Origin: Parasitella parasitica NRRL 2501
Taxonomy: Eukaryota > Fungi > Mucoromycota
DNA: 64,000 nt
Direction: 5' to 3'
Assembly (NCBI GenBank): GCA_025201805.1
Contig: MU619397.1
Coordinates: 236-64,235 of the forward strand
The translations under genes and the position numbers were made by a program. Below the pieces are notes generated by a model. That model did not search any database, was not told the origin of the DNA, and worked only from the letters and a program-made list of their open reading frames with translations. Shown piece after piece: positions 26,754 to 37,652 of the stretch. How positions within the stretch are numbered: the first letter of the stretch is position 1; every line of letters begins with the position of its first letter.

Positions 26754-29700
26754 ATGCCGGAAGTGCGTGTCCAGCCAAGAAGCGTATATGAGCATCATAT
26801 CAACATCCAAAAGGCAAAGACGACGCTCAGTTGGACATTTTCAACGAGAAAGAACAGTATTTACTTTGGTTTATACTACAGGCCTCGAACAGCCACTACG
26901 ACAAACAACAGTACGCGCGCTTCGATGGAAGACGAGCACCTACAACAAGCAAATGCAAACAGCATCAAAAAGAGAAACCTCTCGCTCCCGAAATTATCGC
27001 ATTTACGCACATCGACCAAATCCAACAGTAGTATTAGTAATAATGCGGATGTTGAGGGACCGACACCTACTACACCGACTGCCATCAACTACTATTCAGA
27101 TAATGAGGACAACCATCATAGAAGGGCGCACAGCATGAAGTCAGCACCTTCGCTAAAAGAGGTGTCTAATGGCATTGCAAACACATCGCCACCTGGGAAT
27201 TCTCGCAACCGAAGAAAATCATCATCTGCCATTTCTGTCATTAATCTATTGGATAATGACTTTGTGGAGCTGATACCTATTGATCAAGTGAACTCTTCAA
27301 AAGAGGTAATTGCAGGCTCCTATCTTGTCGAAGAGCCTGGAAACTACGTGCTGATATTTGGTAATGTTTTTCTCTCAGACTGCGAGATACGATGTGTACT
27401 GACTGTTCAGGTAGACAACATGTTTTCAAGAAACACATCCAAATCTTTGACCTTCACTGTAACAAGCGACGAACCTATTGACGAAGGTTTGGATCTGGAT
27501 AACAATATGCGTGGCTGGCTACTAAAAAAAAGGAGAAAACGAATGCAAGGCAAGTATTATAAACCAAGTTGTTGCTTTTTAAGGAGTGTTATAAAACTGT
27601 TTGAACGCCATAATATTAGGCTGGGCGAAGCGATGGTTTGAATTGTCGTCTACAGGCGTACTGTCTTATTCAGTTCGGGAGGGGGACATCAAACGCGGCT
27701 CACTCCAAATAATGCTAGCAACGATATCAATTGCGCCAAAGCAGCGCACGATCCACATTGATTCAGGCACAACAACGTTTCATTTAAGAGCGCTCACTGC
27801 TGATAGTTTTGACCAATGGCTAAACTGTATCCGAGCAAGACGGTCGGATACCTCGACTGACCATTGGAATGATAACGAAATCGCTGCAGGAACTCAGTCT
27901 GCAATCAGCCTGGTACCAGAGTTAATTTCTACGCAAGACGACACATTTGAGCGCAACCACCGAGCCTTTGCTGCTGCGCTGAATGATCTAGAATGTGAAA
28001 TCAAGACTCTGACGCTCATTGCCAAAGAATTTAGTCACTTGCACAGCGATGCCATGCATGACTCAGTTGTAGCGCAGCAACAAATGTTAGCACCAGCACC
28101 ACCAGCACCACCACTTTACTCAAATAACAGCAATGGAAGCAATAATAGCACAAAGATCATCCGGTTTCCCTTTATACGTGGTTCTTCGTCAAACAGTATA
28201 CCAGAGGTGCACAAGCACACTTCAACCACATCTACGCACCTGGCTTGTCTAGACAAATTGAACATGAGCATCCAAGCATTGATTGAGCAGCGGAACAGAC
28301 TATCAACAGCGTACTACGACAACTACGAGAGCTGCTCCAACCGGCCAGTAAACCCACTCGAGATGCCTAGTAGAACAGGCACAGGCTTCCTATCCCACAG
28401 ATCAGCCAGCTTCTACTCGTATAGTGCTCACTCGGATCAATTCTTTGATGCAGAGGACTTTTTGCTGAACGAAGACAATGAATCCACTTATGGTTCCATA
28501 GTCATTGACTCAGAAGACGAAGAGTATCATGAAAGGGGAGATGAACAGGGCATGACACAGGAATTATCGAGCATTCAGCGCAGAACAAAACTACCGCATC
28601 CCGTTGCAGTTCGAAATATATCAGTGCTAGGGATTTTGCGAAAGAACATTGGCAAGGATTTGTCGACAATATCCATGCCAATCAGCCTCAACGAGCCCAT
28701 CAATCTGTTGCAACATCTGTGCGAGGAGTTGGAGTATACAGAACTACTAGACAAAGCTTCCACTCTTTCATCATCAATGGACCGCCTGATGTATGTTACG
28801 GCATTTGCTATATCAGGCTATGCGGCTACACAGTATCGTATAGGCCGCAAGCCTTTCAATCCTCTGATGAGTGAAACGTACGAATGCATTCGGCCTGATA
28901 GAGGGTTTCGCTTTATAGCTGAAAAAGTATCACATTATCCCAATGTGATGGCTGTGAGTGTCTACATGAGAACAGCTGTATTTGAGCGCTAATCACTTTC
29001 TTTATGTATATCTAGTGCTTTGCAGAATCCAAAACCTTTGCCTTTAGGCAAACATATCTGGGAAAAACGAAATTTTGGGGCAAGTCCATGGAGCTCATTA
29101 CAGAGGGACAGAGCCATATATCAATCAAAGGACATCAAGACGAATATACGTATTCCAAGCCATCAAGCTGGTTGAGAAACCTGGTTACAGGAACAAAGTA
29201 TCTAGAACACATTGGGGAAATGAAGGTGCAAAATCATGCTACTGGCGAGTATGCTGTTGTCACATTCAAAGAGGCCGCTGCTGGATCTACCTCGTTCTTC
29301 TCATCCAATAACAATAATGCCATCCACCGCAACAACGTTGTTGCCAAGTTTTTCGACTGCCAAGGATCTCTTATCAGAGAAGTTGAAGGTAAATGGAGCG
29401 ATACTTTATCCGAGGTAGTGGGTCCTGATCAATACTCGGTCGTCTGGCGTTGCAAGCCTCCTGGAATACCCGATTACGCAGATTACTACGGACTGACGTC
29501 GTTTGCCATGGAGCTCAACGAAATCACATTGCTTGAACAGGGCAAACTACCAATCACTGACACAAGATGTCGACCTGATCAACGGCTGTTTGAAAATGGT
29601 CAAGTGACAGAGGCTGAAGACGAAAAGGTGCGGATCGAGCATTTTCAAAGAGAGCGAAGAAAGCAGTTTGAGTCGATTGGGAAAGCATGGAAACCGCTCT

Positions 29701-29819
29701 GGTTTGACATGTTGCCAGATCAGTATTCACCGACAGGAGAATCATGGCAGTATAAAGGTGGCTATTGGGAGGCAAGAGAAGCAGGCCAGTGGCCAAAAGA
29801 AATGCTGCAATTGTGGTGA
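26754..29819 (+). CDS. OSH3: Oxysterol-binding protein homolog with GOLD, PH and ORD domains (Osh3-like)
   Basis: GOLD (SWTFSTRKNSIYFG..LIF|DNMFSRNTSK), PH (GWLLKKRRKRMQ|GWAKRWF), FFAT-like DQFFDAED, ORD (GKDLSTISMPISLNEP, RKPFNPL, EKVSHYP, RPDQR). Confidence 0.92.
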
Positions 29820-30949
29820 AACGTGTTTTGGGTTTTCTTAGTCCATCGCTGTCTAGCACATGTCGATTTGTTTAATAAAATGCAATTACTGGGTTGTGAA
29901 TAGATATTTGGGTATTTTATTTGTTACACATCGTTCTTCGTTCAGGCTAAATGAGCAATATTTGACAGACCCCTATTTGAAACGAACATGCAAATTGGAA
30001 TAGTTGTAGCCACAGAAAATATTCGATCACGTTAAGTGAATAGTAGAGTAAGGGGTCTGATAACAGCATATTGTAGTTTAAATTGATAGGCAAAGAACAT
30101 TCCAAAGTTACCAAATGAACAAACAGTTTAACACAGTATACTATAAGAACATTGCGTTCAAAATATGCCATGAAGTATATAAAAAGCGATAAGCAGTGTT
30201 GTGAGGGCTCGATAACGGGCTGTAAAATTACCTGTGCTTTAGATATAATACACTTATTCAGTTATCATGGGTTCCTTCACGTCAAGTAGTCATTATAATT
30301 AATACTACTTGTATGGTGAACAGGACAGAGAATAAAACGGAAAAATAAACTCTAGGAGATAAAATTTTTATTGATATTCCATGTGATTTGATACTTATAT
30401 GTCGCTTGCTTTGTTTGCTTGTTTACTTGATCGCTCACAACAGCAGGATACCGTCAAAGTGTGTTGTCTATAGACTTGCATAGTAGAAATCAATATCTAT
30501 TTCAATTATGCCCTATTATTATTGTTAAAATTAAAATGGTTGTTTATTTTATAATTTAAAATTGATACTTCTCAATTATTGTAAGTGGTGCCCAGTAGAT
30601 GCAGGCGCTGTCGAACTCTGGGGGGGGGGGAGATTGCAAGTGAGAAATCAAAAAAAAAGAAGGGGATTGGATTTATAAAAAAGATTGGCAGTGAAAAAAT
30701 CAGACGAACTCATGAGACTACTGCTATACGGACCTTTGCAACCATTTTTTCACTTGAATTTATATAATATGGACCTTATTTACTATCAACCTTTTGTCGA
30801 TAATTATATGTATGATGAGAGCGATGACAATGTCAAAAAGTGCAAATGGTTGATGCCGTAGCAAATCTCACTGAAGAAATGGAATTCGTATCAATAAATC
30901 AATCAAGGGAATACCATCATTTTGCAGTTTCTAAAAAAAAAGTTCCAGC

Positions 30950-32602
30950 AAATGATAAAAGTCATGGTGATTGTAATAATATATATTAGGGTTTCTGGTA
31001 ACAAAGCTGTTATTTCTGATAAAAGCTGAGAAGCTTCTGAGAGAGGAGAAATGTCTCCCTAAGAATATTTCAAGTAGGACTAGAAGTATTAAATGCAATC
31101 ACATTTTTAGTTTAAAAATGCCCAAGAAAACATTTTGTAATGATATGCGAAATTGCGACGCCTTAATTATTTTATTTTTGATCAAACAGCCATTGTGCAG
31201 GAGCAATAGGTATTTTGAAATGAATGACCATTTGGGTTTTTTATCATCCCATTTTTCAATACAATGAGAATTCTTTATCAACACTTTCGACATATACTTC
31301 AGAGCCTGAAACTGAACAATCACCAACGGGCCACAAAACAAAATTGTTTGAATTCCATAATGTTTAAATGTTGATATATTACTTCAGATATAGCCGTTAG
31401 ATATTGGACATCTAAATAAGCTCAAATATTTAGACAAGTCTATAGAACTTCAAAGGTATTTAAACTAAATTGCAAACCCATCAAAGTATCAAAGTATCAA
31501 AGTGCATATACTAGGAAGGCATTAAGTTGTACGTATCCGTCAAATTATGGCATTTACGGTGCTTCCACTCTCAATTTACTGAATTTTTGAAAAGACTGCC
31601 CACTATTTTGAAAAAAATTGCCCACTTGTGCGAGGCTAAATTGCCCATAAAAGTGAGACTAATTTGACCAAGTGTTTGAAGCTAGTTTGACCAGCTTCTT
31701 GACAAATATTTTAACCAAATTTTTGATATTATATTATATGAGCTCTGTAGCAGCTCTTTACCCTTCAATCGATTATTATACGGCTGAGGTTACTTTTTAT
31801 TTGTAAAATGATTTGACAAGCAGTGTCAGTTCATTGCAATCAGAATCATGGAATCACAGGAATCCTTACATTTTTCACTCTCATTTACTCAAATAAACTC
31901 TAGATATCTGATTGAGTTCGTCAATAGAGCCAAAGACTCTTCTTTCGTTTTCAAATACTACGAATTTTGAGCAGACATTAACAAAGATACTTCTAGCACC
32001 TTCAATGTGCAATCTATTAGTGCATGATTATCTATCAGCTAGCCGCAGTTAATAATTATAATGGTATATATAGACGATGATTTAACAGTTAGCAATTCTT
32101 TATTAATATGAGCACACTTTTTAGAAATAAGTAAATCGCTTTTCTTATTTTGCTATTGTAACTGAATTGTGGATTGTTGACGTTGCTGATGTTGTTGTGC
32201 CTGTTGATGCTGTTGTGCTTGTTGTTGTACCTGTCTTTTGAGATAAACTTCTTTCATGAAATCATTTATTTGCTTCGTTGAACGTATTCTTTAGCGTTTT
32301 GTAATTCTTATATCTGGTGAAGTAACCGTCGGCCAACCCATTCTCGTAGCATACTTTCCAGTTCATCTGTTTGTGGGTTTTTAGATATTCAATCTTGAAT
32401 TCTCTGGCATACGTCATGTCATCAAGTGGTTCAGGTGGTATTGTTTGTAAAATGTCAATGTGGTTCCTTTCTTTTGGCGGTTCAACATTCGGTGGCAGAT
32501 CCGATGGCGTTGGCATTTCGTCAGAATCAGTGCTGTATTGCCACCGGTACTTATGTAGACATGTCTCCGTGTACAAAACGCCTGCACTTGCTAGATTTCG
32601 GA
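30950..32602. repeat. Left arm of 1653-bp inverted repeat
   Basis: Reverse complement of 33426-35078. Mirrored ORFs in the track (31099-31341 vs 34687-34929; 32262 vs 33766) all sum to 66028. The only mismatches noticed are at 30969 and 30975. Confidence 0.97.
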
Positions 32603-33766
32603 TTAGTTGGTATGTATAGCTGTAAACTATTGTTGAGTTTCCTACTGATGTTGTTAATTTATATAGGCCAGCATGCAGTTGATAACTACAAAGTCCAAAG
32701 TGGAGAATGGCTGGACGGAAAACGCGTGGATATTCTTCTAATTCCTATCACTACCATCTCTGAATCATTACCGCCTGTCCTAATCGAAATACAAAACATT
32801 GTCGACAAAGCTTATATACACAGATTGAATCAATATTGCAGTAATATTTATGATGAATACTGTAATATAGAGCCGGTTGTTCTCACGATTTGTATCAAAA
32901 ACACGCGGGCAGAACTATGCAAAAGGTTTTCTTGTAGCTCTAAAGCTCCATATTTAAAACGGCTGCCAAGTGACTTTTGGGCAAAGGAACACTTAATCAT
33001 GACCCCTACAACTGTTACAGATTATCTTGATACTCATAGTAATCACAATGGCCCAAATACCAACGACCCAAATACCAACGACCCAAATAGCATTGACCCA
33101 AATAGCATCGATCCAAGTAGCAACGACCCAAATAGCATTGACCCTAGTAGCAACAACAGTAGCATAAATAATGCTGAACCACTTCCTCCTTTGCTCGCGC
33201 TAGGTTATGTATTTATGGAACAAAAATGCTCTTTATTCGGATTGCAGTACAAGGAAGATCCGACCGTGATACTACTTTACAGAATTGCTAAAGAAGCCCT
33301 GGATCATCATCTTCAAGACCATCAATCTACTGTCGATAGCTTGGTGGATGTCACTAAAGAGACTCAAAAGCAGTTCAGAAGAATCCTTGAAGCAACAAAC
33401 GAAAATGAACCAAACTTGAAAAGAGTCCGAAATCTAGCAAGTGCAGGCGTTTTGTACACGGAGACATGTCTACATAAGTACCGGTGGCAATACAGCACTG
33501 ATTCTGACGAAATGCCAACGCCATCGGATCTGCCACCGAATGTTGAACCGCCAAAAGAAAGGAACCACATTGACATTTTACAAACAATACCACCTGAACC
33601 ACTTGATGACATGACGTATGCCAGAGAATTCAAGATTGAATATCTAAAAACCCACAAACAGATGAACTGGAAAGTATGCTACGAGAATGGGTTGGCCGAC
33701 GGTTACTTCACCAGATATAAGAATTACAAAACGCTAAAGAATACGTTCAACGAAGCAAATAAATGA
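32603..33766 (+). CDS. PD-(D/E)XK nuclease-like protein (Rpn/PDDEXK_2-like Mucorales family), native 5' end apparently missing
   Basis: WLDGKRVDILL..PPVLIEIQ..DKAYIHRLNQY motif (D...ExQ...R..Y). A 57-nt GTATGT..TAG intron at 32610-32666 is preceded by only about 7 nt of non-arm sequence. The frame stays open upstream into the left arm (track ORF 32426-33766). Confidence 0.65.
   Translation, partial: LVGMYSCKLLLSFLLMLLIYIGQHAVDNYKVQSGEWLDGKRVDILLIPITTISESLPPVLIEIQNIVDKAYIHRLNQYCSNIYDEYCNIEPVVLTICIKNTRAELCKRFSCSSKAPYLKRLPSDFWAKEHLIMTPTTVTDYLDTHSNHNGPNTNDPNTNDPNSIDPNSIDPSSNDPNSIDPSSNNSSINNAEPLPPLLALGYVFMEQKCSLFGLQYKEDPTVILLYRIAKEALDHHLQDHQSTVDSLVDVTKETQKQFRRILEATNENEPNLKRVRNLASAGVLYTETCLHKYRWQYSTDSDEMPTPSDLPPNVEPPKERNHIDILQTIPPEPLDDMTYAREFKIEYLKTHKQMNWKVCYENGLADGYFTRYKNYKTLKNTFNEANK
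33046..33160 (+). repeat. 15-nt coding tandem repeat (N/I-D-P-N/S-T/S) x ~7
   Basis: NGPNTNDPNTNDPNSIDPNSIDPSSNDPNSIDPSS. Confidence 0.9.
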
Positions 33767-35078
33767 TTTCATGAAAGAAGTTTATCTCAAAAGACAGGTA
33801 CAACAACAAGCACAACAGCATCAACAGGCACAACAACATCAGCAACGTCAACAATCCACAATTCAGTTACAATAGCAAAATAAGAAAAGCGATTTACTTA
33901 TTTCTAAAAAGTGTGCTCATATTAATAAAGAATTGCTAACTGTTAAATCATCGTCTATATATACCATTATAATTATTAACTGCGGCTAGCTGATAGATAA
34001 TCATGCACTAATAGATTGCACATTGAAGGTGCTAGAAGTATCTTTGTTAATGTCTGCTCAAAATTCGTAGTATTTGAAAACGAAAGAAGAGTCTTTGGCT
34101 CTATTGACGAACTCAATCAGATATCTAGAGTTTATTTGAGTAAATGAGAGTGAAAAATGTAAGGATTCCTGTGATTCCATGATTCTGATTGCAATGAACT
34201 GACACTGCTTGTCAAATCATTTTACAAATAAAAAGTAACCTCAGCCGTATAATAATCGATTGAAGGGTAAAGAGCTGCTACAGAGCTCATATAATATAAT
34301 ATCAAAAATTTGGTTAAAATATTTGTCAAGAAGCTGGTCAAACTAGCTTCAAACACTTGGTCAAATTAGTCTCACTTTTATGGGCAATTTAGCCTCGCAC
34401 AAGTGGGCAATTTTTTTCAAAATAGTGGGCAGTCTTTTCAAAAATTCAGTAAATTGAGAGTGGAAGCACCGTAAATGCCATAATTTGACGGATACGTACA
34501 ACTTAATGCCTTCCTAGTATATGCACTTTGATACTTTGATACTTTGATGGGTTTGCAATTTAGTTTAAATACCTTTGAAGTTCTATAGACTTGTCTAAAT
34601 ATTTGAGCTTATTTAGATGTCCAATATCTAACGGCTATATCTGAAGTAATATATCAACATTTAAACATTATGGAATTCAAACAATTTTGTTTTGTGGCCC
34701 GTTGGTGATTGTTCAGTTTCAGGCTCTGAAGTATATGTCGAAAGTGTTGATAAAGAATTCTCATTGTATTGAAAAATGGGATGATAAAAAACCCAAATGG
34801 TCATTCATTTCAAAATACCTATTGCTCCTGCACAATGGCTGTTTGATCAAAAATAAAATAATTAAGGCGTCGCAATTTCGCATATCATTACAAAATGTTT
34901 TCTTGGGCATTTTTAAACTAAAAATGTGATTGCATTTAATACTTCTAGTCCTACTTGAAATATTCTTAGGGAGACATTTCTCCTCTCTCAGAAGCTTCTC
35001 AGCTTTTATCAGAAATAACAGCTTTGTTACCAGAAACCCTAATATATATTATCACAATTACCATGACTTTTATCATTT
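33426..35078. repeat. Right arm of 1653-bp inverted repeat
   Basis: See left arm. Confidence 0.97.
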
Positions 35079-35376
35079 TGTTTGAAGCTTTTTTCAGGGA
35101 TCATAAAAAGACTGTACGTTCAGATAGGGTCTATCAATAATTGTTCATATTTTCTCAATAGACTAATAATTTTTTTCTTATTTAGGAAAAGGCATGGGGA
35201 TGACCGTTTAGGTTAGATAGCTGAACGAAAAAACCGATGTCTTTTATAAATAAATGAGTTTCTCAAAACCCAGAACTATAAAACCAAGACAGTGACAGGA
35301 TTCCTTGCAATGAGCGGAATAATATTGTTTAATCACTGGTTTCCCCACACATATCACACTTTTGTATACTTGGTGA

Positions 35377-36991
35377 ATGACCCCAAAAGAAGAGAAACAG
35401 TTTATAGGAGCAGTAGACCAAGGCACAACTTCATCGAGGTTTTTGATATTTGACCAGCAAGGCAACTTGATAACATTTCATCAGGTTGAGCTGCCACAAT
35501 CACAGCCGCATGCTGGGTATTTCAACGCACAAAATTTTTGTTGTCTTAATTCTTATTGACTTGCCATGAATTAGTTGGCTAGAGCATGATCCCATGGATA
35601 TTCTCAATACAGTTTTAGCATGCATCCACGAAACAATTAAGCGATTCGAGTTGATGGGATACAGCGTAGAGGACATCAAAGGCATTGGTATAACCAACCA
35701 AAGAGAATCCGCTGTATGCTGGAACAAGTCAACTGGAGAACCTTTGAGAAACACCATCGTATGGAGTGATGTGAGAACAGACGATATCGTGCACCAACTA
35801 AAGAAACGTGACAATGCACACATTGTTCTAGAGATTTCAGGTCTTGATATTACATCCTATTTTACAGCCGTCAAATTTCGATGGATGCTGGATCATGACG
35901 AGGGCGTAAAAAAGGCAGTGAGGGAAGGAAATGCTTGCTTTGGCACTGTGGATAGCTGGCTTATTTATAAATTAAGTGGTGGAGAAGCCCACGTTACTGA
36001 TGTGACTAATGCCAGCAGAACGCTGCTCATGAATCTCAAGACGCTCGAGTGGGACCAAGATCTCTTGAAGTTTTTCGATATCCCAAGAGAATTGCTGCCT
36101 ACTGTATGCTCTTCATCTGAAATCTATGGTACCATTGCATTCAAGGGCTCCCCTTTGGCAGGAATTCCCATCTCTGGCTGTCTGGGTGACCAACAGGCTG
36201 CATTATTAGGCCAGAAATGCTTTAGAGAAGGTGAAGCCAAATGCACCTTTGGCACTGGTGCTTTCATGCTTTTTAACACTGGCCAAAAAGCTGTCAAATC
36301 AACGCATGGACTAATCACAACCATAGCTTTTCAGCTTGGAAAGGATGCCAAGGCGACTTATGCTCTAGAAGGATCCATGGCTGTTGCTGGATCTTCGCTT
36401 CGCTGGCTGCGCGACAACCTGAAGCTGATCAATTCAATGGAGCAAGTCAGCGATCTGGCCGAGCATGTCCCTGATACTGGTGGTGTTTATTTTGTCACTG
36501 CATTTTCTGGGCTATTTGCGCCTTACTGGAGAGACGATGCACGAGGCACCATGGTAGGCCTTACTAGTTATACAAACAAGTACCATTTGGCTCGAGCAAC
36601 GCTGGAATCCATGTCGTTTCAAACACGGGCCATTTTGGAAGCCATGAATCAAGACGCAGGCGTCCCGTTAAAGGTTCTTAAAGTAGATGGAGGTGTATCT
36701 AACTCCAACGTTGCTATGCAGATCCAGGCGGATATTTTAGGCCTTGAAGTGGATCGACCCTCTATGCGAGAAACTACCGCATTTGGCACAGCTATTGCAG
36801 CAGGGTTGGCTGTTGGGGTTTGGAATAGCATCCATGATTTGGATCAAGTCAATAACGAAGACATCACATCCTTTACTCCTAATTTGACGTTGCAAGAAAG
36901 AGAAGAAAAGTACAAGATATGGAAAAAAGCGGTTGATAGTTCGCTTCACTGGACAGATGATGTGGATAGTACAAGTAGTGATGAGGAATAA
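35377..36991 (+). CDS. GUT1: Glycerol kinase
   Basis: GAVDQGTTSSRF, GITNQRE, TDVTNASRT, GDQQAAL, AKCTFGTG, FSGLFAPYW, KVDGG. One intron at about 35517-35574. Confidence 0.96.
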
Positions 36992-36996
36992 ACATA

Positions 36997-37412
36997 TTAA
37001 AATGCACGACTTTCTTTTATTGCGTTTCGACGATCTATGGCAAGCCCATTCAACTTAAATTCTTTCCCTTCATCTTCTCCTGGTGTTTCGAGATACTTCC
37101 AGCCTATTTTACTACTGCAAACTGTACAAAAAATCCTGCATAGTTTATAGATTCCACCAAGCAGCTCTCTAGCTTCTTGCTCTTCTCCTATTCTTATATT
37201 AGTGGCCTCCAAAACGAAATAAGTCTGCCAAATCTAAATTGTTTTCAGTTGCATATATCTTGGAATTGAACAATAACACAAAGTCAACTTACTAGGTCCG
37301 TGTAGGATCTACACAAGATGTCTTTACGATAAAACAGTTCAGAATGGCATGTTGAGCATACATAACAAGCATCTTCTTTCTGGGAGTACTCTGGATGTTG
37401 TCTTTTGCTCAT
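36997..37412 (-). CDS. Yippee/Mis18-family zinc-binding protein (divergent)
   Basis: YVCSTCHSEL ... IFCTVCSSKIGWKY ... EFKLNG; two CxxC pairs across one intron. Confidence 0.75.
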
Positions 37413-37652
37413 ATTATTAAAGGAAACGATAAAAAGAAATTAATGAACAACTGTAGTTTATATGTATTTATACACACTTTTGTTCATGCAATTGCCGATC
37501 TGAAATTAAGTTCATTGTTATTATTTTAAAGGCATTCTGTAATGAACGTTCTTTATCATGTCAACTTTGATAGATAGATATTGATTGAATGAGTCCTTTT
37601 ATTATAATTGCCTGATGACTAGTACGTGCACGTTTCATCATCATGTTACTTA

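Larger units (their letters stand above)
31557..34471. mobile_element. Tc1/mariner-type termini (TA|CGGTGCTTCCACTCTCAATTTAC...GCACCG|TA) enclosing the nuclease ORF
   Basis: TA dinucleotide and CRGTG start at both mirrored positions, with subterminal TTGCCCA/TTGACCA repeats. The TIR is similar to that of the transposase-bearing relic at 50764-51894. Confidence 0.6.
29945..35154. mobile_element. Composite TE island between OSH3 and GUT1 bounded by diverged ~45-bp inverted repeats
   Basis: 29945-29989 (ATGAGCAATATTTGACAGACCCCTATTTGAAACGAACA) resembles the reverse complement of 35113-35154 (ATGAACAATTATTGATAGACCCTATCTGAACGTACA). No TSD seen. Confidence 0.5.

Noticed and set aside
30769-30950. 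Possible Tc1-type transposase N-terminal relic (MDLIYYQPFVDNYMYDESDDNV)
   Set aside because: Only a vague resemblance; no HTH or DDE motif follows.
31099-31341. 80-aa ORF present twice (also 34687-34929)
   Set aside because: The duplication is a consequence of the palindrome. TTG start and no recognisable motif.
32262-32576. 104-aa minus-strand ORF as a separate gene
   Set aside because: It is the inverted copy of the nuclease C-terminus and has no ATG start of its own.
33046-33160. CRISPR-like array
   Set aside because: Contiguous coding tandem repeat with no unique spacers, in a eukaryotic context.
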